From contig CAVXMY010000005.1 of assembly GCA_963763065.1 (NCBI GenBank), forward strand, positions 42,031 to 106,030: 64,000 bases of DNA. The letters run 5' to 3'. Made by a program: the position numbers and the translations under genes. How positions within the stretch are numbered: position 1 is the stretch's first letter; the number at the start of each line of letters is the position of its first letter. Of the stretch, positions 11,478 to 21,847 are shown in pieces. This stretch comes from an uncultured Actinomycetota bacterium. Its GTDB lineage: Bacteria > Actinomycetota > Actinomycetes > Propionibacteriales > Nocardioidaceae. A model generated the notes under the pieces. It was not told the origin of the DNA and searched no databases. It saw nothing but the letters and a program-made list of their open reading frames with translations.

Positions 11478-12663
11478 CAGACCGCCTGTGCCACGGAGTC
11501 CGCGTCGCGGTCCTCCGACCGGGTGCAGGAGTCGCAGGCCATCTGCAGCAGCAGTGCCTCCTCTGTGGTCGCCTCGATCTGGCGGACCTCCTGCACGAAC
11601 CCCAGGGCGATGTCGTGGTCGGAGCGCCCGGACAGGCGCGGGACCGCCGGTCGGGTGCGGGCGCTCGCGCCGCTCGGGGGCGAAACCCAGCGTGAGCACG
11701 TGCGGGAACCGCGATCGCAACCGCTCCATCGCGGCGCGGGGGCGCAGCGGGTCGGTGAGTGTGGCGGAGACGTAGCAGCGCTCGGCGTCGGCGAGGGTCG
11801 GGTCGCGCAGCAGCTCCTCCAGCCGCCCGCGTGATGCGCCGCAGCGCCCGCTCGACGGGAGCAGGCACGAAGGCGACCTCGTGCAGGCCGTCGCGGTCGA
11901 GCTCCACGAGCCAGCTGCCCTTGGTGTGGCGCTCCTCGGAGAAGGAGTAGGCGACCGGTGCCCCGCTGTAGCGGACCGACTCGGTGAGCTGCGCGGCACC
12001 GTGCAGGTGGCCCAGCGCGGCGTAGTCGGGCCGGGTGAAGAGATGGGTCGGCGCGATCGCGAGGCCACCGACCGAGATGTCGCGCTCGCTGTCGCTGCGC
12101 AGGGTGTCGACGGCCTCCGCGGAACCGGCGACGAAGGCGTGGGCCATCACCACGCTCCTGCCCGGCCGGGCGTCGAGGTCGGCGTCGATGCGCGCCATCG
12201 CCGCGCCCAGGGCCGCCTCGTGGGTGCGGGCGGGCAGCGCCCACGGCACGCGCACCGCGTCGGGCTCGAGGTAGGGGATGCCGTAGACGTGCACCGGCCC
12301 GTCGGCGTCGTCGAGCGTGACGGGGGTGCCGACGTCCTGCCACCGGGTGCGGAAGTGCACCCCGGCGCTGTCGGCCAGGCGCGCGTTGTTGCCGAGCCGG
12401 ATCGCGGAGTCGTGGTTGCCGCTCGTCACCACGGTGCGGACGCCAGCCGCCGAGAGCCGCGCGAACGTCTCGTCGGCCAGCTCGACGGCCCGCACCGGGG
12501 GCAGCGCCCGGTCGTAGACGTCGCCGGAGACCAGCACGGCATCGACCCGCTCGGCGCGGACGGTCTCCAGCAGGTGGTCGACGAAGTGCGCCTGGGTGTC
12601 GGTGAGGTCGACCCCGTGGAAGGACCGGCCCAGGTGCCAGTCGGAGGTGTGGAGGATGCGCAC
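11477..12663 (-). CDS. sbcD: SbcD nuclease subunit (frameshift near 11830)
   Basis: MRILHTSDWHLG, SGDVYD, GNHDS, YAALGHLH. Confidence 0.95.
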
Positions 12664-12669
12664 CCCTGG

Positions 12670-12691
12670 ACCGTACGAAGACCTGCCGACA
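12670..12691 (-). promoter_or_regulatory. PafBC-dependent (RecA-NDp type) DNA-damage promoter for leaderless sbcD
   Basis: Minus strand TGTCGG-CAGGTCTTCG-TACGGT matches TGTCGG-N10-TANNNT; GTG start follows 6 nt later. Confidence 0.8.
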
Positions 12692-12866
12692 TTTCGGCGA
12701 GCACACGCCGGGCGTCGCCGCCGACCGCGCTGCTGCAGCCTGACAGGGCTCGCCCGGGGTGCGGCCGCCGCTCGCCCGTGGCCGCTAGGTTCTCCCCGTG
12801 CACCCGGCTAGTCTCGCCAGGGACCAGGGAGGTGGCGTGGAGCGAGCCGACACCGCCGGTGACGAC

Positions 12867-13572
12867 ATGGAGATCGTGTCGTACCGCGACTTCGGCGAGC
12901 AGTTCTTCACCGAGGTGGTCACCGAGGAGCGCGTGCTCGGCGCCGTCAACATGCTCATGGGCCAGCCGATCGACGTCGGCCCCATCGGGGTCGGGCCCGG
13001 GCGACTGGTCAAGCTCACCGCGTCGCGGCGCCATCGGCGCCGCCACCAGCGAGCCGGTGCACGAGACCGACGCGTCGCCTTCCGCGATGACACTGCCGGT
13101 CGACCTGTCCTTCGAGATCGACCTGGGCCTCGAGACGCACCGGTTCCGTGCCTCGCTGCTCGTGCCGCTGGTGCTCACGGCGAGGGCGGTCGCCGGCCTC
13201 AAGGTCTACATCGACGTGCAGCCACCCCGGGCGCGCGACATCGGGATCCGGCTGCGAGCCGAGGGGCTCCGCGCATCGGTCCTGCAACGGGTCGCCGGGG
13301 TCGAGGGCGAGGTCAAGCGTTTCGTGGCCACCTACGTCTCGCGTGAGATCGCCAAGCCCTACGTGCGCGAGGCCCGTCTCATCGACGTCGGGGCCCAGGT
13401 CGACCAGGCGTGGGCGCGGATCGCGCCGCACTCGCCCTCGCCGACCGCGGCGCACATCGGGGGTGACCTCCGGGAGGCGATCCGGGCGGAGATCGAGGCG
13501 ACCGGCGGGGCGGACGACCCACCGCCGCGGTCGCGCGAGGTCGTCACGGACGCGCCGCGGGGGAGTGCGTAG
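12867..13572 (+). CDS. Conserved actinobacterial hypothetical protein (frameshift near 13030)
   Basis: SYRDFGEQFFTEVVTEERV...PIDVGPIGVGPG joins LPVDLSFEIDLG...ARLIDVG in another frame. Confidence 0.7.
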
Positions 13573-14079
13573 TGGAGCGCAGCACGGCCGCCCTGCGTCG
13601 ACTCGTCCTCGAGGTCGTCGGCTGGCTCCTGGTCGTGGGCGGTCTGGCTGCCATCCCCTTGCCGGGCCCGGGTCTTCTCATGCTGCTCGGAGGGCTCGCG
13701 ATCCTGTCGCAGCGCTACACCTGGGCGGAGCGCCGGGTGCGCCCGGTCGAGGAGGCGGCCATGCGCGCTGCCTCCGACGGCGTCCAGTCGACCTTCAAGA
13801 TCGTCGTGTCGCTCCTGGGCGTCCTGTGGCTCTGGGGGACAGGGGTCCTGTGGATCGTGCGTCCTCCGCCGCCCTCGTGGTGGCCGCTGGACAGGTCGTG
13901 GTGGCTGTTCGGCGGGGCTCGCCAGCGGCATCACGCTGGTGCTGTCCGGCTTCATCGCGCTCGCGCTCATCATCTACAGCGTCAGGCGTTTCCGCGGCTC
14001 GCCGTACGTGCCGCCGTCCGACACGGACCCGGAGACGACAGGAGGTCAGCGACGCTCCAGGCGCACCAGCACCTCGTGA
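13572..14079 (+). CDS. PGPGW-domain membrane protein (frameshift near 13920)
   Basis: VGWLLVVGGLAAIPLPGPGLLMLLGGLAILS...WA. Confidence 0.8.
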
Positions 14080-15174
14080 TGACGCGTCTGCGGGAACATC
14101 GCGAACACCTGGGCCTCCCGCGTCCTGAGCGAGGGCATCCGGGCGAGGTCCTCGGCCAACGTCCGGGCGTTGCAGCTCGAGTAGAGGACGTGGGGCACCT
14201 CCGAGGCCTCCAGCCAGCGTGCCAGGGTCGGGCCGACCCCCCGACGCGGCGGGTTGACCACGAGGAGGTCCGGACGCCCCTCCGGGAGCTGCGCGGCGTC
14301 GCCTGCGACGAAGGACACCCGGTCGTCGACGCCGAGCTCCGCGGCTGCCGGACCGTCCGCTCGCGACCGCGTCCTCCGACACCTCGACGCCGACCACCGT
14401 GGCGTCGGGGAGCGCCTGCGCGAGGTGCAGCGCGAACCCGCCGGCCCCGCAGTAGAGGTCCCACACCTCCGCGGCGCCGGACGCGGCGCCCCACGCGGCC
14501 GCCTGCCGGTAGAGCGCCGCCGCGACGCCGGTGTTGGTCTGGAAGAAGCTGCGCGGCCGGAGGTGGAGCGTGATGCCGTTGAGACGCATCGGCAGGGTGT
14601 CCTCGTCGGTGAGCACGACCTCCTCCGGCCCCTCCAGGACGGCCTTGTGCTCGGGCTGGAGGTTGACGGAGACCACCCGCGCCGAGGGCAGGCGGCGCTG
14701 CAGGTCCGCGAGCCCGCGTCGAACGCGGGGGAGCTGACCCGGGGAGCGCATCACCAGACGCACCATCTGCTCGCCGTCGGGGGAGTGGGTGACGACGACG
14801 TGCTTGAGCTCGCCCGAGCGGCTCGGCACGTCGTACGGCGTGAGGCCGAGGTCGCCCACCCAGCCCGCGACCTGCTGCACCGCCTCGTGCAGGCCCGCTT
14901 CGTACAGCCCGCAGTGGCGCAGGTCGACGCCGTGCCGGTGGTCGTCCAGGATGCCGAGGGTCGGGTCGCCGCGGCGCCCGCCCACGGCCAGCTTGGCCTT
15001 GTTGCGGAAGGCCGACTCGGGCCCCGTCACCGGCTGGTGCCAGGCATCGGCGGGCACCTGGTCGGCCAGGTGCCGCTCGACCGCGGCCTGCAGCGCGTCC
15101 ACCTGGGCGGCGTACGGCGTGCCCATCAGGGTGCACGACCGGCACCGGCCGGCGTCGAAGTAGTCGCACTGCAC
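14046..15174 (-). CDS. rlmC: 23S rRNA (uracil-C5)-methyltransferase RlmC/TrmA family (frameshift near 14350)
   Basis: CDYFDAGRCRSC Fe-S motif, SFFQTN, DLYCGAG, VNPPRRG, YSSCN, MFPQTRHHE. Confidence 0.92.
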
Positions 15175-15299
15175 CGCGTCAGCCTAGGTGCGCGTCTGCC
15201 TGGTCCTCTCCCAGCGGGCCTCTAGAATCGCCGCCAAGGGACACCGCGCAGGGGGAGCGCCGTGGCGCAGTGCAGTGCGTGCGGGAGGGAGGGCGAGTC

Positions 15300-16082
15300 A
15301 TGCCCGAGCAGCACGGACCGGCCATGCTCGACCGCGAGATCGCGGCGCCGCTGTGGCGCCAGCTCTACGACGACCTGCTCGCCCGCGTGGCGCGGGGCGA
15401 GTTCCCCGACCGCTTCCCGGGGGAGATGGAGCTCACCGAGAGCTACGGCGTGAGTCGTCACACCGTGCGCGAGGCGCTGCGGCAGCTGCGTCGCGAGGGC
15501 TTCATCGAGTCCTCGCGCGGTCGTGCGTCGGTCGCGCGACCCGGTCTGATCGCGCAGCAGCTCGGGGCGATGTACTCGCTGTTCCACGAGCTCGAGGCCC
15601 GCGGGATCGAGCAGCGCAGCGAGGTGCTCACCTCCGACATGCGCACCGACGAGCGCGCCGCCGCGCTGCTGGGGCTCTCGCCGGCCACCGAGCTGGTGCA
15701 CATCGAGCGGCTCCGCTTCGCCGACGACGACCCCATCGCGTGGGACCGCGTCTGGGTGCACCCCACGGCCGGACGCGGGCTGCTCGAGGCCGACCTGACC
15801 CGGACCGCGCTGTACGACGAGTGGCGTCGCGTCTCAGGTGACGGACCCACCGGCGGTCACGAGACGATCCGGGCCGTGCTGCCGGTCCCGGAGGTGCGGG
15901 CCCGCCTCGCGATGGCCGACGGCGAGGCAGCGCTGGAGGTGGACCGGGTCGGCTTCGTCGACGACGACCCGGTCGAGGTGCGCACGACCGTCATCCGGGG
16001 GAGCCGCTTCGCCTTCACCGCCGAGTGGTCCTCCGGGCGCGCCTACCAGGTGGAGGTCACCAGCTCTCCGGACGGCGGCTGA
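15300..16082 (+). CDS. GntR family regulator with UTRA domain
   Basis: PGEMELTESYGVSRHTVREAL HTH followed by UTRA-like region. Confidence 0.9.
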   Translation: MPEQHGPAMLDREIAAPLWRQLYDDLLARVARGEFPDRFPGEMELTESYGVSRHTVREALRQLRREGFIESSRGRASVARPGLIAQQLGAMYSLFHELEARGIEQRSEVLTSDMRTDERAAALLGLSPATELVHIERLRFADDDPIAWDRVWVHPTAGRGLLEADLTRTALYDEWRRVSGDGPTGGHETIRAVLPVPEVRARLAMADGEAALEVDRVGFVDDDPVEVRTTVIRGSRFAFTAEWSSGRAYQVEVTSSPDGG

Positions 16083-17761
16083 GGTCCACGGGCAGCCCGG
16101 CGACGGCGCGTGACACGTTTGGTGCACCCTGCCGGCGTCCTCGAGACGGCGGAACCACTCCGCCCGCACCATCACGTCGTGCACCGGCCCGCGCACCTCT
16201 GCGAGGTGCAGCTCGACACCGGCGGAGTGCAGCTGGTCGCAGAGCTCGCCGAGCAGCTCCAGACCGGTGAAGTCGACGTCGGTGATCGCGGAGGCGTCGA
16301 GCACGACGTACTGCACCTGGGGGCGCTGCTCGACCAGGCCGGCGAGCGAGTCGATCACTTGGCGGGCGGCCACGAAGGAGAGCGGCGCATCGACCCGGAA
16401 GACCAACAGGGTGGGGTCGGTGATCGCCCGGTGGCGGCGCACGTTGCGGAAGACCTGCTCGTGGGGGACGAGGCCGAGCTCGGCGGTGTGGGGGCGGCTG
16501 AGCTGGCGCAGGAAGAGCGTGAAGCTGACCGCGACACCGACACCGAGACCGGCGATGGGTCCCAGCAGGAGCGTGGCTACGCCGGTGGCCAGCAGCGCGT
16601 AGAGGTCGCTGCGCCGGACGCGGGCGATCTCGCGCATGGCGCGGAGGTCGACGAGGCTGCCGATCGAGGCGAGGATCACCGCGGCGAGCGCGACCTCCGG
16701 CACCCCCGCCAGCACCGGCGTGAGCACCACCAGGCTGAGCAGCACCAGCACGGCTGCCACGACGCCGGAGACCTGCGACCTCGCGCCGGCCCCGAAGTTC
16801 ACCGCGCCGCGTGAGAACCGCCCGCGACCGGCATGCCACGGGTGAGGCCGGCCGCGGCGTTGGCCAGCCCCAGCGCGACGAGCTCCTGGTCGGGATCGGT
16901 GCGCGTGCGGGTCCTGCGTGCGAACGCCTGCCCGGTGCTCACCGACTCCATGTAGGAGACCAGGGCGATGGCGGCGGCCGACGGCAGGAGGCTGCGCAGG
17001 TCGGCCAGCGCGACGTCCGGGATCCGCGGGACGGGCAGGCCGGCAGGGACGTCCCCGACCGTGGCGGTGTCGAGGTCGAGGAGGGTCACGGCGATCCCCA
17101 GCCCGACGACGACGAGCAGGGGTGCCGGGAGAGCGGGCGCCCACCGCCTTGCGGCCACGATGACGACGATGCCTGCGACCCCCAGCACGAAGGTGAGCGC
17201 GTCGACGGAGTCGAGGCGTGGCACCAGGACTCGGACCGCGTCGAGCAGGCTGGTGCCGGCGCTCGAGGCGTCGTCGAGGCCCAGCAGGGCAGGCAGCTGC
17301 GTGACAGCGATGGTGAGCGCAGCGGCCGCGGTGAAGCCCGTGACGACCGGCACCGACACCAGGTTGACCAGCGCCCCGAGGCGCAGCAGCCCGGCGGCCA
17401 GCTGCAGCGAGCCCACCAGGACCGCGACGGCACCGGACAGCGCCAGGTAGCGCGCGCTGTCGCCGTCGGCCAGCGGGGCCACGGCCGCGGCGGTCAGCAG
17501 CGAGTCGATCGCCACCGGGCCCACGGAGATGAACCTGCTGGTGCCGAACGCTGCGTAGACGAGCAGCGCGACCAGGGCGGCGTAGAGCCCGGTGATCGCC
17601 GGGACGCCGGCCAGGGCGGCGTAGGCCATCGACTGCGGCACGACGAGCACCCCGACCGTCAGGCCGGCCCTGAGGTCGGGCCCGAGGTCGCTGCGTCGGT
17701 ACGTCGCGAGCCAGCGGGCGGCGGGCACCAGCCGGGACAGCACGGGGCCAGGAGACGTCAC
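16057..17761 (-). CDS. SulP family anion transporter with STAS domain (frameshifts)
   Basis: DLRAGLTVGVLVVPQSMAYA, DQELVALGLAN, STAS DASAITDVDFTG. Confidence 0.92.
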
Positions 17762-17845
17762 GGCACGAAATGTACGGTCATTGTGGTGACATGGTCACGT
17801 CGTGTCGCGCGAGGGATGGCCCGCCGTCGGGGCTAGGTTGCGGGC

Positions 17846-18004
17846 ATGGCTGACCTGACGGAGCCGTGCCCGGCTTGCGGCACGCTGATGCGGTGGGAGA
17901 CCTCGCACGAGCGCTGCGACGGCTGCGGCTGGATCAGGCCGTGCTGCGAGGGAGCGCCGCTGGGGAGTGCGACCCCGGGGAGCGGCTCCCTCTGCGGTAG
18001 TTGA
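17846..18004 (+). CDS. 52-aa Cys-rich zinc-finger microprotein (not in the ORF track)
   Basis: MADLTEPCPACGTLMRWETSHERCDGCGWIRPCCEG...; -10 TAGGTT 6 nt before the ATG (leaderless); stop TGA lies in the dif XerD arm. Confidence 0.65.
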   Translation: MADLTEPCPACGTLMRWETSHERCDGCGWIRPCCEGAPLGSATPGSGSLCGS

Positions 18005-18026
18005 CATAATGTGCATTATCGGCGAA
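17999..18026 (-). other. Chromosomal dif site (XerCD), also attL of the element
   Basis: Minus strand TTCGCCGATAA-TGCACA-TTATGTCAACT: 11-6-11 layout, XerD arm close to E. coli TTATGTTAAAT. Confidence 0.92.
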
Positions 18027-18360
18027 CTCAGTGCCTCCGAGCCGCTCCCTGAGCGGCGTGCGCCGCTCAGGACTGTTAAAGTGAGTAGAAGATGGTAAGT
18101 AGATATGCTGTTTGAGGTTGTGATGAGGTGTATTTAGTGTATAGATGTGCTGGATAGTGTCGCAGTGTGAGTGTGAAGGTGTGTGAGGCGTAGAGTAGTC
18201 TCTTGTATATGTGGTGGAGAAGCTGCGGTGTTAGACAGCGATAGCAAGGTGTGTTTTGAAGAGCTTTTGATGCGGTTACGTTTGATTCGGTATTTGGTTG
18301 GTGCGTGTTTATAGGTTAGCTAAGGGTGAGTGTGTTCTCATACGCTTGCAGTGTCGCTAC
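18027..18360 (-). pseudogene. 5' half of rep in copy 1, cut at dif and degenerate
   Basis: Aligns to 21212-21588 (shared gttctcatacgcttgcagtgtcgc); start codon GTG reads GTA here. Confidence 0.7.
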
Positions 18361-18659
18361 TCAGTTCACGACTCAAGAGTGAGAGAAGCTTAGCGGTGCG
18401 CTAACGTTGGTGGGGCACTCAATTTTTGGTTGTGAGACGGAACGAGTGGTCACTGCGTGCTGATATGTGACTACTAATAAAGAAGGTGGGAGGGTAAGAT
18501 GCTAGATGAGGAGGTTACTAATATATTGCTGCTTGCAAGGAGGTAGCGATATTATAGCTGGTGTATTCTGGGGTTAGTTAGTTTGGTAATTGGTGATTGC
18601 GAGTTGATTACGCTAAGAAACAAGGCGCAGGAGGCTGACAACTCGGTTGTAGTGAGCAC

Positions 18660-19020
18660 AGGCGCTGGCACCCAGGCGCGCTACGGCTGATCGGGTGCGT
18701 CGTTGGAGCAGCTGACAAGCTTTCAAGCGGGGTACTCAGCGGCGAGTTGGAATACTTAGAGGTTGCTAGAGCACGCTTAAGATGCATATAAGACGAGATT
18801 GAATGCTGGTGTTCGCTGCTAGCGCTGAGGGAAGCGCAACTGGAAACACAGATAGGCAGCGCGCTGCAGATCAGCAGGTAAGCTGCTAGACAAGCTGACG
18901 AGAGACGCGCAAGAGCAAGAGCAGCAGCGCTAAGATGACTTATAGTGGCGCATGGCTACAACGCTAAAGATCACTGGTGACTGAGATGGTTAAGACGCTG
19001 ACTCAGAGATGGGTGAGGAC
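18660..19020 (+). pseudogene. Degenerate copy-1 version of the element HTH gene (approximate limits)
   Basis: cgcgctgcagatcagc and neighbouring blocks match 22050-22150. Confidence 0.6.
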
Positions 19021-19049
19021 ACAGGAAGGGGACTAAAGAAGAAAGGAGG

Positions 19050-19728
19050 AAGGGGATGAAGATATAGCGCATCTTGTATTTCTCTCGTAGCTAGGCTCAG
19101 CGGCGCTCTTTGCGGGGATGTTGTCCTCTTGCGCGCACGGTCACGGTCTGCTTCAGCGATAGGTATCTCGGACGGTGATGGTGTCGGTAGCTGAGAGAGT
19201 GGTGAACATATGATGATAGAGGTCACAGACAACTAAGACGAAGATACGCACAAGGTAAGTAGAGAGATAGCTCAAAGAGAGTGTTCGATAAAGCTTGAGT
19301 GGCGGAGAGGGCGGATTGGGTGGCATTGGGATAGACAATGGCTCCTATTGGCTATATAGGTGAGCAATAGGTAACAGCTGGTGACTGAGTGTGGACTTGG
19401 TGGAGATGAGGAACAGCTGTGAGGTGTTAGCTGCAACATAGATAGGCTGGCTAAGAACAGTCAAGGATCAAGAAGTCACGTGGCTCTAGTGCACACTCAC
19501 TAAGGCAGTGTTACACACTCCTTGATTTCGCAACGAGAAGGCGTTGGGCTACAGCACGTAGATCACTACATACACAGCCTTTGGCTTGTTCCGCTCCGCT
19601 TATAGGCGAAGCGCTTCCAGAGTGAACTGGTTGGCGTCCTGGGCGCGGACGGCACTAAGACATGCATCAGCAATGAGAGGACAGAGAAGATCAACGCGAC
19701 CACAGGCGGCTGCCTCTCCGAGAGTCAT
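19050..19728 (-). CDS. Element protein with N-terminal transmembrane segment, degenerate (3' end approximate; copy 2 at about 22270-22942)
   Basis: Reconstructed from both copies as MTLGEAAAVVALIFSVLALLMH...; -10 TATGGT 6 nt before the ATG. Confidence 0.45.
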
Positions 19729-19749
19729 GCGCCGACCATAGTCACCACC

Positions 19750-19844
19750 GGGGTCGGGGGCAGAGCCTTCGCTCCCCCAACCGCGCTCCTTCGTCGCGCG
19801 GCCGGGGCCCCTGCGACCCGAGAACCGGCACCGCCCCCGACCCC
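19750..19844. other. Branched hairpin, candidate single-strand origin
   Basis: Perfect 12-bp inverted repeat GGGGTCGGGGGC...GCCCCCGACCCC enclosing CCGCGC-loop-GCGCGG. Confidence 0.5.
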
Positions 19845-19907
19845 TCAGCGTGATTAGGGAAGACTATAGTTGGATAGAGGTACAGGGAGGAACTTTAGCT
19901 ATGGTGT

Positions 19908-20198
19908 TTAGCGGTGGTGCTATGCTTCGCAGTCTGGCAGGGGGGTTCGCTTCTGAAGGGGCGCTTCTTTCGCTGTTTTGGGCTTGCTGCGGATGCGCTC
20001 AAGCGCTAGTAGCGCGGATGCTTAGTGAGCGTACGGGCTTCTTGAAGCAACGCTTCAGCGGTCAGGTGCTATGCCTCGCAGTACTGGCAGCGATCACTCT
20101 GACGGGGCGCTTCCTTTCGCTGTTCTTGGGCTTGCTGCGGATGCGCTCAAGCGCTAGTAGCGCGGATGCTTGGTAGCATAAGGCTTCTTGAAGCAACG
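19908..20198. repeat. Internal tandem direct repeat, period ~149 bp (copy 1)
   Basis: ggtgctatgc...ggggcgctt...ttgggcttgctgcggatgcgctcaagcgctagtagcgcggatgctt...ttgaagcaacg at 19916 and 20065. Confidence 0.9.
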
Positions 20199-20199
20199 A

Positions 20200-20667
20200 G
20201 ACACAAGGGCACGCTGCCACGGTCAGCTTCAAGAGCGTCGTTCTGTTGCAGCGAGTGTAGACGACACGCGGGCAGATCTCGCTTATCAGCGCCTATAGGT
20301 TACACGGCGGTATAAGCACACGGACACGGTTAGAGAGATGAGCGCTAACGGGGCGCTCGCTGCGCTTCGCGCTACGTGTAGCGCGCCTTCTTTAGATATG
20401 GTTAGAGACGCCTAGAAACCGCGGAACGCGCAGAACTCGCTGCAGTAGGGACACTTACACGACGTCAGCGCTAGAAGTGAGGGCTAGATCTGGACGAAGA
20501 GAGAGGTAGAGAGCTAGACGCAGAACGCAGCAACGTCGCTGCTCGCTTGGTAGATCTCAGCGACTAGATCGGCTACGGCGCCGCAGACCAACCTCGGAGA
20601 GCTGCACTCACGCTTGCGGCGCGGGCGCATCATGCGCTCGAAGGCGAACTACTCCTGAGCTACTCAT
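20200..20667 (-). CDS. Element Cys-rich protein, degenerate (3' end uncertain)
   Basis: GAAGGGG RBS then ATG; reconstructed EFAFERMMRP and ALTSWKCPNC (CxxC) in both copies. Confidence 0.4.
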
Positions 20668-20699
20668 GCCGAGCCCCTTCCAACGAGGTCACTGCTTGG

Positions 20700-21588
20700 C
20701 GCTAGGTGATCGCTACCTCATGAGAGGCTCACTCAGAGACGCTAGGCAACTAGAGAGCGGAGTAAAAGTGAGCATCAGACGCAGATAGGTCACAGAGTGT
20801 CTCACGCTGCCGCCGCTTTTGAGGGACGGCTTTGACGCTCATAACACAGCGCAGCGGCGAGAGCTTGAGCGATATATAGCGCTTGAACAGCTGCCGCAGC
20901 TGCTACGCCTGATCGTCGTCAGATGCAGCTGCAACGGCTCGACCTCGGGCCACTCACCACGGCGACCACACAACCGCGCCGTTGTCTCCGCAGCGCTCTG
21001 GCTTGCGCTGCTGCCGTTGGTAGTGGCGGACACCGCGAGCAGCGTGCTTGGACAGGTACTTGAGCCACCCGGCCGCGTGGAGGATAGGCGTGACCTGCTG
21101 CACCCGACTCGGCCAGGCTGGAACTCCCCGGCGACGTCGTCTTGCCACTGGCTCGACGACCCACCAGCGCAGCGGCTGCAGCACCGGAGATGGGTGTGCG
21201 TTATCGGCGAACTATCAGAGCCTCGGAGGGATCCGAGCTCTCAGCGGCGTACACCGCCAGGTGAAGGTGAGGAACTCCCCGTCGCTGCCACTCAACCACC
21301 CAGTGCCACCGGAGAAGATCGGCACGGTGAAGACGCTGCTTGAGGTTCTTCAAGAGCATCGCGAGTCATCGGAGATTGTCGGACAGTGCGCGCAGCGTCA
21401 ACGTGACCGCCACGCCCACGCCGTCGAGCTGCTTTGTGTGCACCGACCGCAGCCACGCCGTGTGACGACGCGCCGCGAGTCCTTGACCAGCCCGTGATGG
21501 GGCCACGTTTGACTTCGGTCCCAGGCTGGTGACCGTTTACGGGCCAGCCAAGGGTCAGTGCGTTCTCATACGCTTGCAGTGTCGCCAC
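20700..21588 (-). CDS. HUH rolling-circle replication initiator Rep spanning the junction att site (frameshifted; 3' end approximate)
   Basis: Reconstructed KRGPITGWS, motif I VAVTLTLR, WHWVVEWQRRGVPHLHLAVY (motif II), EFADNAHP across att, GWLKYLSKHAARGVRHYQR (motif III YxxK), then RL(W)GRRGEWP. Confidence 0.85.
21184..21211 (-). other. attP-type junction site inside rep
   Basis: TTCGCCGATAA-CGCACA-CCCATCTCCGG: XerC arm intact, XerD-side arm unlike consensus. Confidence 0.85.
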
Positions 21589-21689
21589 TCAGCATCACCC
21601 CTGAGGCGTCCAAGCCGCGGCGCGCCAACGCCGGCGGGGCACTCAAATTTTGGTTGTAGACGGGACCTGTGGTCACCGCGTGCTGATAT

Positions 21690-21709
21690 GTGACTACTAA
21701 TCAAGAAGG
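21690..21709 (-). other. Candidate double-strand origin (nick site)
   Basis: Minus strand CCTTCTTGATTAGTAGTCAC resembles the pC194/phiX174-type CTTG^ATA nick; about 100 bp upstream of rep; counterpart at 18468-18486. Confidence 0.4.
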
Positions 21710-21847
21710 TGGGCGGGTTGGGACGCGCAGATCAGAGGCAAAGAATTACTGGTGCTTGCAAGAGTTAGCGCATTTTCACGAAGCATTCTGAGGCCATTAG
21801 ATTGGCAATTGAAGTTGACAGCGATTCCGCCCGAAACAGGGGAGGCG

